Source: Gaiellaceae bacterium (GTDB lineage: Bacteria > Actinomycetota > Thermoleophilia > Gaiellales > Gaiellaceae). From it: 43,762 bases of DNA. Shown piece after piece: positions 18,646 to 27,390 of this stretch. The number at the start of each line of letters is the position of its first letter. The first letter of the stretch is position 1. The stretch is taken from positions 1 to 43,762 of the forward strand of contig JBKJML010000141.1 of the NCBI GenBank assembly GCA_046596415.1, written 5' to 3'. The translations under genes and the position numbers were made by a program. The notes under the pieces were generated by a model, which saw nothing but the letters and a program-made list of their open reading frames with translations, searched no databases and was not told the DNA's origin.

Positions 18646-20222
18646 GGCGGTATCACGCAGCTGTCTGGGACGAGCCGCTCGTGATGGAGCTGGGGCGGCC
18701 CGGCCGCCGAGGTGTCGTCTTCGACGATGTCGGGCCGGAGGTGCGCGAGGCGGTCGGCGATCCGGTCGAGCTCGTGCCGGAGGGCCTGCGCCGCAGTGTC
18801 CGGCCGGAGCTTCCCGAGCTCTCCGAGCCGGAGGTGCTGCGCCACTACCTCCATCTCTCTCAAGAGACGCTCGGAATGATGGGCGTCAGCCTCTTCGGCA
18901 CCTGCACGATGAAGTACAACCCCCGCCTCGCGTGGGAGCTCGTCGCTCGACCCGAGATCGCGGAGCTGCACCCCGACCAGGACAACGAGACGCTCCAGGG
19001 GGTCCTCGAGCTCGTCCACGGGCTCGACCTGATCCTCCGCGGCCTCTCCGGGATGGATCAGTTTGTCTTCCAGGCGGGCGGCGGCGCGCACGCGGCCTAC
19101 ACACACACGGTCGTCACGCGCGCCTACCACGCCTCGCGCGGAGAGCTCGCCCAGCGTGACGAGATCGTGACGACGATCCAGGCGCACCCGTGCAACGCGG
19201 CGACCGCCGCGGCCGCCGGGTTCAAGGTCGTGACGCTCCCGCTCGAGGAGAACGGCTACCCGTCGCTCGATGCACTCAAGGCGGCGGTCTCGGAGCGGAC
19301 GGCTGCGCTGATGGTCGGAAACCCCGACGACATGGGGATCTACAACCCCGAGATCGACAAGTGGGTCGAGATCGTCCACGACGCGGGCGGCCTCTGCTTC
19401 TACGACCACGCGAACTTCAACGGCGTGATGGGGAAGCTGAAGGCGCGCGACCTCGGCTTCGATGCGTGCATGTACATGCTCCACAAGACCTTCGGTGCGC
19501 CAAAGGCGGGCGGCGGCCCGGCGGTCGGCGCCTACGGATGCACCGACGAGCTCGCCCGTTTCGTTCCAGCGCCCGTCGTCGTCGAGGACGGCGACCGCTA
19601 CCGGCTCGACCACGACCGGCCTGACAGTGTCGGCAAGGTGCGCGAGTTCTTCGGCAACGTGCCGCAGCTCGTCTACGCATACACATGGAGCCGCGCGATG
19701 GGGGCCGCGGGGATCGACGAGGCTTCGGACATCTCGGTGCTGCTGAACAACTACATGGAGAAGCGCCTGCTCGCGATTCGGGGGGTGACGAAGTCGCAGC
19801 CGCACCTGACCGCCCCGCGCCTCGAGATGACGCGCTACAGCCTCGAGCAGGTCGAGCAGGACACCGGGATCACGGTCTTCGACGTCCAGAACCGGCTGGT
19901 CGACTTCGGGATCGACGCATTCTGGCTCAGCCACGAGCCGTGGATCGTCCCGCAGCCGTTCACGCCCGAGGCGGGCGAGATGTGGTCGAAGGAGGACATC
20001 GACGAGTGGATCGATGTCCTCGGCCACGTGATCGAGGAGGCCTACACGGATCCGGAGCTCGTCCGGACGGCGCCGCACAACCAGGCGATCGCAAAGCTCG
20101 ACTCGACCGACCTGAACGACCCGGCGAACTGGGCGACGACGTGGCGTGCCTACCGGCGCAAGCGTGCGGCGGCCGACGGTGACGGCGACCCGACAGAGGC
20201 TCGCGCGAGGGTCGGTCCGTAG
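18642..20222 (+). CDS. gcvPB: glycine-dehydrogenase (decarboxylating) subunit-2-like PLP protein
   Basis: GTG 18642 overlaps the upstream TGA. Motifs LPELSEPEVLRHY and GTCTMKYNP, with the PLP-lysine motif LHKTF. Confidence 0.85.
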   Translation: MRRYHAAVWDEPLVMELGRPGRRGVVFDDVGPEVREAVGDPVELVPEGLRRSVRPELPELSEPEVLRHYLHLSQETLGMMGVSLFGTCTMKYNPRLAWELVARPEIAELHPDQDNETLQGVLELVHGLDLILRGLSGMDQFVFQAGGGAHAAYTHTVVTRAYHASRGELAQRDEIVTTIQAHPCNAATAAAAGFKVVTLPLEENGYPSLDALKAAVSERTAALMVGNPDDMGIYNPEIDKWVEIVHDAGGLCFYDHANFNGVMGKLKARDLGFDACMYMLHKTFGAPKAGGGPAVGAYGCTDELARFVPAPVVVEDGDRYRLDHDRPDSVGKVREFFGNVPQLVYAYTWSRAMGAAGIDEASDISVLLNNYMEKRLLAIRGVTKSQPHLTAPRLEMTRYSLEQVEQDTGITVFDVQNRLVDFGIDAFWLSHEPWIVPQPFTPEAGEMWSKEDIDEWIDVLGHVIEEAYTDPELVRTAPHNQAIAKLDSTDLNDPANWATTWRAYRRKRAAADGDGDPTEARARVGP

Positions 20223-20224
20223 CG

Positions 20225-20977
20225 GTGACCCCTACAGGACTCCTCGCAGGGCGGGTCGCGCTCGTCACGGGCGGCGGCAGGGGCCTCGGCGCCGCGATCG
20301 CCCGCGAGTACGCGGCGGCCGGCGCCGTCGGCGTGGTCGCCGACCTCGAGCGGGGCGCCGCCCCGGACGGCTGGATCGCGCTCGAGGCCGACGTCAGGGC
20401 CGAGGCCGATGTCGCGGCCGCGGTCGCGGCGGCCGCGGAGCGCTTCGGCCGGCTCGACGTCGTCGTCGCGAACGCGGGCGTCGTTCCGCCCTGGAGCGAC
20501 ACGAGCGAGCTCGACCTCGACGAGCTCGACGCGGTCTTCGCGGTCAACGTGCGCGGGGTCGCGGCCACGCTCAAGCACGGTGTCGCGGCGCTGAGGGAGC
20601 ACGGTGGCTCGATCGTCGTCATGGCCTCGCTGAACGCTTGGCGCGCGCACCGGAGCCAGCCGGTCTACACGGCGTCGAAGCACGCGGTGCTCGGGCTCCT
20701 GCGTACGGCCGCGCTCGACGCAGGCCGCTACGGGATCCGCGTCAACGGCCTGGGGCCTGGGCCGATCCTGACGGACGCGCTGCGCGAGCGCCTGGAGCGG
20801 CGGGCGGCGGCCGGCGGGCCCTCAGTCGAGGAGGCACTCGCCGAGGCTGCGGCCGGGACGGCGCTCGGCCGGATGGCGACGGAGGAGGACGTGGCGCGCG
20901 TCGCGCTCTTCCTCGCGAGCGACCTCTCCTCCGGGATCACGGGCGCGCTCCTGCCCGTGGACGGGGGTGTCGCCTGA
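20225..20977 (+). CDS. short-chain dehydrogenase/reductase
   Basis: Motifs VTGGGRGLGAAIA, NAGV and YTASKHAV. Confidence 0.88.
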   Translation: MTPTGLLAGRVALVTGGGRGLGAAIAREYAAAGAVGVVADLERGAAPDGWIALEADVRAEADVAAAVAAAAERFGRLDVVVANAGVVPPWSDTSELDLDELDAVFAVNVRGVAATLKHGVAALREHGGSIVVMASLNAWRAHRSQPVYTASKHAVLGLLRTAALDAGRYGIRVNGLGPGPILTDALRERLERRAAAGGPSVEEALAEAAAGTALGRMATEEDVARVALFLASDLSSGITGALLPVDGGVA

Positions 20978-21321
20978 TGCTGATCCGCGCCGGGGAGCGG
21001 CCGGAGGTCGAGGCGCGCGACGACCACCTCGTGATGCGCGCGCTCCTGCGCGGTGAGGACGGCGCCGGGCTCAGCCTCACGGAGGTGCGGCTCTCGGGCG
21101 CGCACCGGCCGCTTCGGACGTTGCGCTCGCCGAGGGTCTACTACGTGGTCGAGGGCTCCGCCGCCTTCAGGATCGGGGCGGCGCCGTCGTTCGTCGCGGC
21201 CCCCGGCGATGTGGTCGTGGTCCCGCGAGGCGAGGTCTACTCGCTCGAGGGCGAGTTCACCTACCTGGTCCTGAACGCGCCGCCCTATGCCGACGGCGAC
21301 GACCTCTACGAGGAGGACTGA
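20977..21321 (+). CDS. small cupin-domain protein
   Basis: ATG 20977 overlaps the upstream TGA by 1 nt. 114 aa with a beta-barrel-type sequence (YYVVEGSAAF...GDVVVVPRGEVYSLEG). Confidence 0.7.
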   Translation: MLIRAGERPEVEARDDHLVMRALLRGEDGAGLSLTEVRLSGAHRPLRTLRSPRVYYVVEGSAAFRIGAAPSFVAAPGDVVVVPRGEVYSLEGEFTYLVLNAPPYADGDDLYEED

Positions 21322-22083
21322 GTGCCGCTCGCGAACAGGACCGTCCTCGTCACGGGCGCTTCGAAGGGGATCGGCGCCGCGATTGCCGGCGCGCTCGGCG
21401 AGCGGGGCGCGGCGGTGGTCGCGCACTACGGGAGCGACGAGGCCGGCGCCCGGGAGGCGACGGCGGCGATCCCGGACGAGCGGAAGCTCCTCGTGCAGGC
21501 CGACCTTGCCGACCCGGAGGCGCCTGCGCGGCTCTGGGCCGAGGCGCTGGCGTGGCGCGGCGGCGTCGACGTCCTGGTCAACAACGCGGCGATCATGCCC
21601 GAGAGCCCGCTCGACGGTACCGACGAGGTGTGGGCGAGCGCCTGGGAGACCGCGCTACGGGTTAACGTGCTCGCCGCCGCTGACCTGATGCGCGAGGCCG
21701 TCCGGCACTTCCGCGAGCGCGGCGGCGGGGTCTTGATCACCCTCTCGAGTTGGGCCGCCCAGCGCGGCGCCGGCAACTCGAACCTCGTCGCCTACGCGGC
21801 GTCGAAGGCCGCGATCAAGGCAATGGCGCAGACGATCGCCCGCAACCACGCAACCGACGGCGTCCTCTCGTACATCGTCGCGCCGGGTGTCGTCCGAACC
21901 CGTATGTCGGAGGAAGCGGCTGTGAGTCGCGGAGGCGAGGAGGCGATCACCGCGACTCTCGCCATGGGCGAGTGGGTGCCGCCCGAGGATGTCGCCCGCC
22001 TCGTCGCCTTCCTCGCCACGGGCCGCGTCCGCCATCTGACCGGCGCCACCCTCGACGTCAACGGCGCGAGCTACATCCGATGA
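21322..22083 (+). CDS. short-chain dehydrogenase/reductase
   Basis: AGGAGGA sits upstream of GTG 21322. Motifs VTGASKGIGAAIA, NNAA and YAASKAAI. Confidence 0.88.
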   Translation: MPLANRTVLVTGASKGIGAAIAGALGERGAAVVAHYGSDEAGAREATAAIPDERKLLVQADLADPEAPARLWAEALAWRGGVDVLVNNAAIMPESPLDGTDEVWASAWETALRVNVLAAADLMREAVRHFRERGGGVLITLSSWAAQRGAGNSNLVAYAASKAAIKAMAQTIARNHATDGVLSYIVAPGVVRTRMSEEAAVSRGGEEAITATLAMGEWVPPEDVARLVAFLATGRVRHLTGATLDVNGASYIR

Positions 22084-23087
22084 AGTTCGGCGTCTGGTAC
22101 GACGTGCGCAACCCGCCGCGGTGGCACCGGCCCTACGCGGAGCTCTACCAGGAGACGCTCGACCAGATCGTCTGGGCCGAGTCGGCCGGCTTCGAGTCGG
22201 TACAGGTCTCGGAGCACCACGTGACCGATGAGGGCTACCTGCCCTCGGTCTTCCCGCTGCTCGCCGCGATCGCTGCCCGGACGAGCACGATCCGCCTCGG
22301 GTCGGCGGTGCTCCTCGCCCCGCTCCACCATCCGATCCGGTTCGCCGAGGACGCCGCGTTCGTCGACCAGCTGAGCGGCGGCCGGCTCGAGCTCGGGCTC
22401 GGGCTCGGCTACCGGCGCGACGAGTTCCGCGCGCTCGGCGTCCCACGGCCGGAACGGGGAACGAGGACGGAGGAGCTGATCGAGATCGCGCGCCGCGCCT
22501 GGACGGGCGAGCCCTTCACGCACCACGGCAGGCACTGGGACCTCGAGGACGTCGTCGTCACGCCGCCGCCGTTCCAGCCGGGCGGCCCGCCGCTCTGGCT
22601 CGGCGGCGCGACCGCGAAGGCCGCGGAGCGCGCGGGCCGGCTCGGCTGCCATTTCATGCCGGACGCCTACATGCCGGTCGAGCACTACGCCACCTACCGC
22701 GAGGCGCTCGCGGCGGCCGGCCACGACCCCGCCGACTTCCAGGTGGCGATCAACCCGACGATCTACGTCACCGAGGACCCCGAGCGCGGCTGGGACGAGG
22801 TGAGCGAGCATCTCCTCTACCAGTACAACCGCTACCGCGAGTGGTTCGCGGCGGGCGGAGCCGAGCCGGCCGCGACGGCGACGAGCGCCGACGAGCTCCC
22901 GCGCGACCGGTACCTGATCGGGACGCCCGCGCAGGTGATCGCCGGGATCGAGGCCCTGCGCGAGCGTCGCCCGTTCGACCGGCTCTTCTTCTGGGCGCGC
23001 CCCCCGGGCCTCCGCCTCGAGCAGAGCACGCGTTCACTCGAGCTCTTCGCCGAGCAGGTGCTGCCGCACTTCGGGTCGGGCGAGTGA
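22080..23087 (+). CDS. LLM-class (luciferase-like) flavin/F420-dependent oxidoreductase
   Basis: ATG 22080 overlaps the upstream TGA. Motifs GFESVQVSEHH and GRLELGLGLGY. Confidence 0.85.
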   Translation: MKFGVWYDVRNPPRWHRPYAELYQETLDQIVWAESAGFESVQVSEHHVTDEGYLPSVFPLLAAIAARTSTIRLGSAVLLAPLHHPIRFAEDAAFVDQLSGGRLELGLGLGYRRDEFRALGVPRPERGTRTEELIEIARRAWTGEPFTHHGRHWDLEDVVVTPPPFQPGGPPLWLGGATAKAAERAGRLGCHFMPDAYMPVEHYATYREALAAAGHDPADFQVAINPTIYVTEDPERGWDEVSEHLLYQYNRYREWFAAGGAEPAATATSADELPRDRYLIGTPAQVIAGIEALRERRPFDRLFFWARPPGLRLEQSTRSLELFAEQVLPHFGSGE

Positions 23088-23089
23088 GC

Positions 23090-24196
23090 TCAGACGACCT
23101 GGAGCTCGCGCGTGAACGTGTTCAGCGCCTCGCAGCCCGTGGCGGTGACGACGACTGTGTCCTCGACGTGGATCGGGGTGTTGCGGGCGATGAACGCGCC
23201 CGGATCGATCGTGAACACCATCCCCTCCTCGACCGGATCGGTGTTGCCGAGCTGGAGGAGCGGCGGCTCGTGCGCCTCGCCGAGGCCGACGCCGTGGCCG
23301 ACCTTCCAGATCTGCTGGTAGCCGGCCTCCGCCATCGCCGCCGCGCAGGCCTGGTGGATCGACTCGGCGGCCACGCCGGGGCGGACCGCGGCGACCGCGG
23401 CGTCGTAGGCGTGCAGCGTCGCCTCGTAGAGGCGCCGCGCCTCCGCCGTCGGCTCGCCGAGGAAGACGTTCCGGGCCGTGTCGGCGCGGTAGCCGCCGTG
23501 CGAGCCGGGAAAGAGGTCGACGTCGACGATCTCGCCCGGCTCGAAGCGCCGGTCGGTGAGGTGATGGAAGGCGCCGACGATCGAGAGCTCTTCCGAGCCC
23601 GCCTCGACCATCGCGCGGATGATCTCGCTGCCGGCCTGCGCCACGGTGACTCCCGGCCGGAGCACCTCGACCGCGCGCCGGTAGCCCGCGTCGTGCGCAG
23701 AGGCCGCGATCCGGAGTTGCCCGAGCTCGTACGCGTCCTTGACGGCCCGGAGCCGGTCGAAGACGGGGCTCGCGCGCCGGAGCCGCAGGCCGGGCGCGGC
23801 GCCGCGGAGGAAATCGGCGTCCGCGAACCAGAGGGAATCCTCGGCGCCGACGTCCGCGTCCCCGAGGCCGGCTGCCGCGGCGGCCGATCTCACCGCGCTC
23901 GTCGGATCCTGTCCGTCGACGTACGTGAAGACCTCCCGCACCGGGCTGCGCTCGAGATCGAAGATCCGCGCGTGCATCTCGCTCACGACCATCGCCGGCT
24001 CGCCGTCGACCGGCACGAGCACCGCGGAGAGCCAGAGCGGCCAGCCGCCGGGGTGCGCCGACTCGCCGGTCAGCCAGCGGAAGTTCGGCCCGGCCGTGAC
24101 GTACAGGCCCGCGAGCCCGGACTCGGCTGCGAGCCGCCGCGCTCGGTCGAGCCGCTTCGCGTGATCCGCTCCCTCCACCTCGCCGATCCTAGTCAC
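23090..24196 (-). CDS. M24-family metallopeptidase (Xaa-Pro dipeptidase / creatinase-fold hydrolase)
   Basis: GTG start at 24196. N-terminal creatinase-like domain plus the pita-bread motifs DVDLFPGSHGGYRADTARN, HGVGLGEAHEPP and VFTIDPG. Confidence 0.85.
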   Translation of the reverse strand: MTRIGEVEGADHAKRLDRARRLAAESGLAGLYVTAGPNFRWLTGESAHPGGWPLWLSAVLVPVDGEPAMVVSEMHARIFDLERSPVREVFTYVDGQDPTSAVRSAAAAAGLGDADVGAEDSLWFADADFLRGAAPGLRLRRASPVFDRLRAVKDAYELGQLRIAASAHDAGYRRAVEVLRPGVTVAQAGSEIIRAMVEAGSEELSIVGAFHHLTDRRFEPGEIVDVDLFPGSHGGYRADTARNVFLGEPTAEARRLYEATLHAYDAAVAAVRPGVAAESIHQACAAAMAEAGYQQIWKVGHGVGLGEAHEPPLLQLGNTDPVEEGMVFTIDPGAFIARNTPIHVEDTVVVTATGCEALNTFTRELQVV

Positions 24197-24230
24197 GTGT
24201 CAGCCACCAAACGACGAACAGGAGAACCAC

Positions 24231-24605
24231 ATGCCCTGCGCTTCACGTGACGAACTGCCCCTGCAGCAGATCACCCCGACCTACAGCACCCGGATGGCCA
24301 AGTGGGGCAGCATGACGGTCGGGATCGAGGCGGCCCCCGCCGGGTTGGACGGCGCCGCGTCGCTCGGCGATCTCCCCGGCGGCCGCTGCCAGGCCCATCA
24401 CTGGGGCTACATGCTCTCCGGGAAGATCGTCGTCGACTACGGTGACCGCCAGGAGACGATCGTCGGCGGCCAGGCGTACTACGTCGAGCCCGGCCACAAG
24501 ATCTCGTTCATCGAGGACAGCGAGGCGGTCGAGTTCACCCCGACCGAGGAGCTCAACCGGACGCTCGACGCGGTGCGGGCGAGCGTGGAGCGCGATCGGG
24601 GCTGA
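24231..24605 (+). CDS. cupin-like small protein
   Basis: AGGAGA sits upstream of ATG 24231. Motif HHWGYMLSGKIVVDYGD...YYVEPGH. Confidence 0.6.
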   Translation: MPCASRDELPLQQITPTYSTRMAKWGSMTVGIEAAPAGLDGAASLGDLPGGRCQAHHWGYMLSGKIVVDYGDRQETIVGGQAYYVEPGHKISFIEDSEAVEFTPTEELNRTLDAVRASVERDRG

Positions 24606-25716
24606 CGTCGTCGACGCCGTCGTCGTCGGCGCCGGCGTGATCGGCCTCGCGGCCGCGCGCGAGCTGCGCGGACGCGGAGCGTCGGTGGTCGTCGTCGAGC
24701 GCACCGGGATCGGCTCCGGGCAGTCGGGGGTTCAGCCAGGCGGCGTCCGCCGCCAGTGGGGGACGGCGATCGGCTGTCGCCTCGCCGGCGAGGCGTTCGC
24801 GTTCTGGCAGGAGGCCGAGACGCGGCTCGAGAGCCCTGTCGCGCTCGACTTTCGCGAGTGCGGCTACCTCTTCGTCGCCCACTCGGAGCAGACCCTCGCT
24901 CGTTTGCGCGCGAACGTCGCAGTGCAGAACGCGGAGGGCGTGCCGTCGAGGATCGTCGATCCCGAGGAGGCGGCCCGGCTTGTTCCCGGCCTCGGCACGG
25001 AGACGCTCGTCGGTGCCGCCTGGTGCGGGGAGGACGGCTACTTCGACCGGCCGCAGTCCGTCGTCGAGGCGTTTGCCCGCGGTGCGGACGTGCGCCTCGG
25101 GGAGGTGACCGAGCTGCGTCCGGTCGCGAGCGGCTGGGAGGTCGTTTGGAGCTCGGGTGTCGTGGCCGCGGCCACCGTCGTCCTCGCCGCCGGGGCGGGC
25201 TCCGTCGCGCTCGCGGCCCCGCACGGGGTGCGCCTCCCGATCGAGCTCGAGGAGCGCCATCTCTTCCTGAGCGCACCGGTTGCGGAGCGCCTCGTCGAGC
25301 CGCTCGTCGTCTCGGCCGAGCGCAGCTTCGCGGCGAAGCACCTCGCCGACGGGCGCGTCCTCGCGAGCGACCTCGGCGCCAAGGGTGACGCGGCGGAGGG
25401 TGCGCCGCGCTGGCGAGCGCGCATCCGCGAGGGGATCCGCGAGCTGCTGCCCGTGCTCGAGTACGTCGACTTCCCGATCCTCGCGAGCGGTGCGTACGAC
25501 GTCACACCGGACCGCCAGCCGATCCTCGGCCCGCTGCCGGCGGTGGACGGCCTGCACGTGGCGGCCGGGTTCAGCGGGCACGGCTTCATGATCGCCCCGG
25601 CGGTCGCGCGGATCCTCGCCGACGCGGTCGAGGGGCGGCGCGACCCGGTGCTCGACGTGCTCGATCTCGCGCGCTTCGAGGCGGGTCGGCTCGTGCCCGA
25701 GCCTCAGGTCGTCTGA
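24595..25716 (+). CDS. DAO-family FAD-dependent oxidoreductase (sarcosine-oxidase-beta-like)
   Basis: Motifs DAVVVGAGVIGLAAAREL, GSGQSG and GFSGHGFM. No canonical start lies near the Rossmann fold. ATC 24595 is tentative; the only in-frame ATG (24442) would overlap the cupin gene by 164 nt. Confidence 0.8.
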   Translation: MGADVVDAVVVGAGVIGLAAARELRGRGASVVVVERTGIGSGQSGVQPGGVRRQWGTAIGCRLAGEAFAFWQEAETRLESPVALDFRECGYLFVAHSEQTLARLRANVAVQNAEGVPSRIVDPEEAARLVPGLGTETLVGAAWCGEDGYFDRPQSVVEAFARGADVRLGEVTELRPVASGWEVVWSSGVVAAATVVLAAGAGSVALAAPHGVRLPIELEERHLFLSAPVAERLVEPLVVSAERSFAAKHLADGRVLASDLGAKGDAAEGAPRWRARIREGIRELLPVLEYVDFPILASGAYDVTPDRQPILGPLPAVDGLHVAAGFSGHGFMIAPAVARILADAVEGRRDPVLDVLDLARFEAGRLVPEPQVV

Positions 25717-26099
25717 GCGACGATCGCGTCGAGCTCGACCTCGACGAGGACGTCGGGGATGAAGCCGCCGACGAAGTAGGTCGTGTTCGCAGGGCGGATG
25801 TCCGCGAAGACCTCCCCGTGCGCGCGCACCGCGCCCTCCCAGTCCGCCCCGGGAGCGAGGAGGAGCCGTGTGCGGAGGACGTCCTCGGGGCCGGCTCCGA
25901 GCTTCTCCGCGGCGGCGAGGGCCTTGCGGAGGGCGAAGAGCGTCTGCCCGTAGGCGTCGCCGGGATGGACGGGGCCGTCCGCGTCGATCGGCGCCGTGCC
26001 GCTGACCGCGACGTGCGCGCCCATCCGGACCGCCCGCGAGTAGCCCGCGAGCTCCTCGAACCGGCTGCCCTCGCCGTAGGTCTGGCGCCGGTCGGCCAC
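25704..26099 (-). CDS. RidA/YjgF/TdcF-family (enamine/imine deaminase-like) protein
   Basis: 131 aa from GTG 26099, with a YjgF-type layout (...AVSGTAPIDADG...VEVELDAI). Confidence 0.82.
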   Translation of the reverse strand: MADRRQTYGEGSRFEELAGYSRAVRMGAHVAVSGTAPIDADGPVHPGDAYGQTLFALRKALAAAEKLGAGPEDVLRTRLLLAPGADWEGAVRAHGEVFADIRPANTTYFVGGFIPDVLVEVELDAIVAQTT

Positions 26100-26106
26100 G
26101 AGCGTC

Positions 26107-26116
26107 AGTTTATGCT
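26107..26116. promoter_or_regulatory. overlapping divergent -10 boxes for two leaderless genes
   Basis: Plus strand: TATGCT (26111-26116), 6 nt, then GTG 26123. Minus strand: TAAACT (26107-26112 as its reverse complement), 7 nt, then GTG 26099. Confidence 0.35.
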
Positions 26117-26122
26117 CGCCCG

Positions 26123-26437
26123 GTGACCGAGATGCAGCTCTACGACGTCCGCGTCACCGTCGAGCGGATCGAGGGCCGGTCGGTCTGCGGGCTCGCGGTG
26201 GGGGACTGGTTCGAGGTGACCGAGTCGAGCCGGGTCCGGATTCCGGCGGGGAAGCACTTCTGCCTGTTCGCGATCCAGGCGGTGCTGCCGCTCCTCCCGG
26301 CGAAGATGCGGCGCCTCCCGGCCGAGGACTGGCTCGAGCGCGACAACCTCGTCTGCTGCCCCGATCCCGACGAGGGGCTCGTGATGCGGATCGAGCGGAT
26401 CGGCGAGCGCACGCTCCGCACCGAGGACCTTACGTAG
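26123..26437 (+). CDS. small Cys-containing protein resembling the TIGR04076 family (unknown function)
   Basis: 104 aa. VRVTVERIEGRSVCG...GDWFEV...GKHFCLFAIQAVLPLL...VCCPDPD matches my recollection of TIGR04076-type proteins. Confidence 0.55.
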   Translation: MTEMQLYDVRVTVERIEGRSVCGLAVGDWFEVTESSRVRIPAGKHFCLFAIQAVLPLLPAKMRRLPAEDWLERDNLVCCPDPDEGLVMRIERIGERTLRTEDLT

Positions 26438-27342
26438 TGCGAGAGCTCGGGCTCGGGCTCTTGTCCGACCAGGAGCCCGCCGACTACGAGACGATCGCGC
26501 GCCGGGCCGAGGAGGCCGGAGTCGACGTGCTCTCAGTCTTCCACGACCTGCTCTACCAGCCGGCGATCGGGCCGCTCCTGCTGATGGCGCGGGTGACCGA
26601 GCGCGTCCGCCTCGGGCCGGCCGCGCTCAACCCCTTCACGCTGCACCCCTACGAGATCGCCGGCCAGACCGCCCTCCTCGACCGCCTCTCCGGCGGCCGC
26701 GCCTACGTCGGGCTCGTCAAGGGCGCCTGGCTCGATCTGCTCGGGCTCGAGGAGGAGCGGCCTCTGACGGCGCTGCGCGAGGCGGTCGAGATCGTGACCA
26801 AGCTCCTCGCGGGCGACCCGAGCGGCGTCGAGGGGGAGCGTTTCCGGCTCGAGCCGGGGGCGATGCTCGCCTACGAGCGCGAGCGGCTGCGGGTGCCGCT
26901 CCTGATCGGCACCTGGGGTCGGCGCACGGCGGCGTGGGCGGGCACCGTCGCCGACGAGGTGAAGCTCGGCGGCTCCGCCAACCCGGATCTGATTCCGGTG
27001 CTGCGCGAGTGGCTCGGCAGCCCCGACGTCGGGATTGTCGTTGGCTGCGTCACGGTCGTCGACGAGGACGGGGCGTGGGCGCGCGAGCGCGCCCGGGCGG
27101 CGGTCGCCCCGTACCTGGACGTCGTCGCGAAGCTCGACCCGACGCTCGAGCTTGCGCCCGGGCAGGAGCCGCCGCTCGACCGCTTCGCGATCGCCGGGAC
27201 GCCGGAGGAGGTGGCGGCACGCGTCGAGGAGCTCTGGGCGGCCGGCGCCGCCCGGGTCGAGCTGGGAACGCCGCAGGGGCGGACGACGCGCGCGGGCGTC
27301 GAGCTGATCTGCAGCCGCGTGCTGCCCCTGCTCCGCCGCTGA
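26437..27342 (+). CDS. LLM-class F420/flavin-dependent oxidoreductase (Mer-like)
   Basis: GTG 26437 overlaps the upstream TAG (TAGTG). Motifs LGPAALNPFTLHPYEIAGQTALLDRLSGGRAYVGL. Confidence 0.8.
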   Translation: MRELGLGLLSDQEPADYETIARRAEEAGVDVLSVFHDLLYQPAIGPLLLMARVTERVRLGPAALNPFTLHPYEIAGQTALLDRLSGGRAYVGLVKGAWLDLLGLEEERPLTALREAVEIVTKLLAGDPSGVEGERFRLEPGAMLAYERERLRVPLLIGTWGRRTAAWAGTVADEVKLGGSANPDLIPVLREWLGSPDVGIVVGCVTVVDEDGAWARERARAAVAPYLDVVAKLDPTLELAPGQEPPLDRFAIAGTPEEVAARVEELWAAGAARVELGTPQGRTTRAGVELICSRVLPLLRR

Positions 27343-27346
27343 GCTG

Positions 27347-27383
27347 GTGCCGGTGGGCGACGTTCTGCGCCGCCCACCGGCAC
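27347..27383. terminator. bidirectional hairpin between convergent genes
   Basis: GTGCCGGTGGGCG (27347-27359) pairs perfectly with CGCCCACCGGCAC (27371-27383); the loop is 11 nt. Confidence 0.6.
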
Positions 27384-27390
27384 TCGCTCC

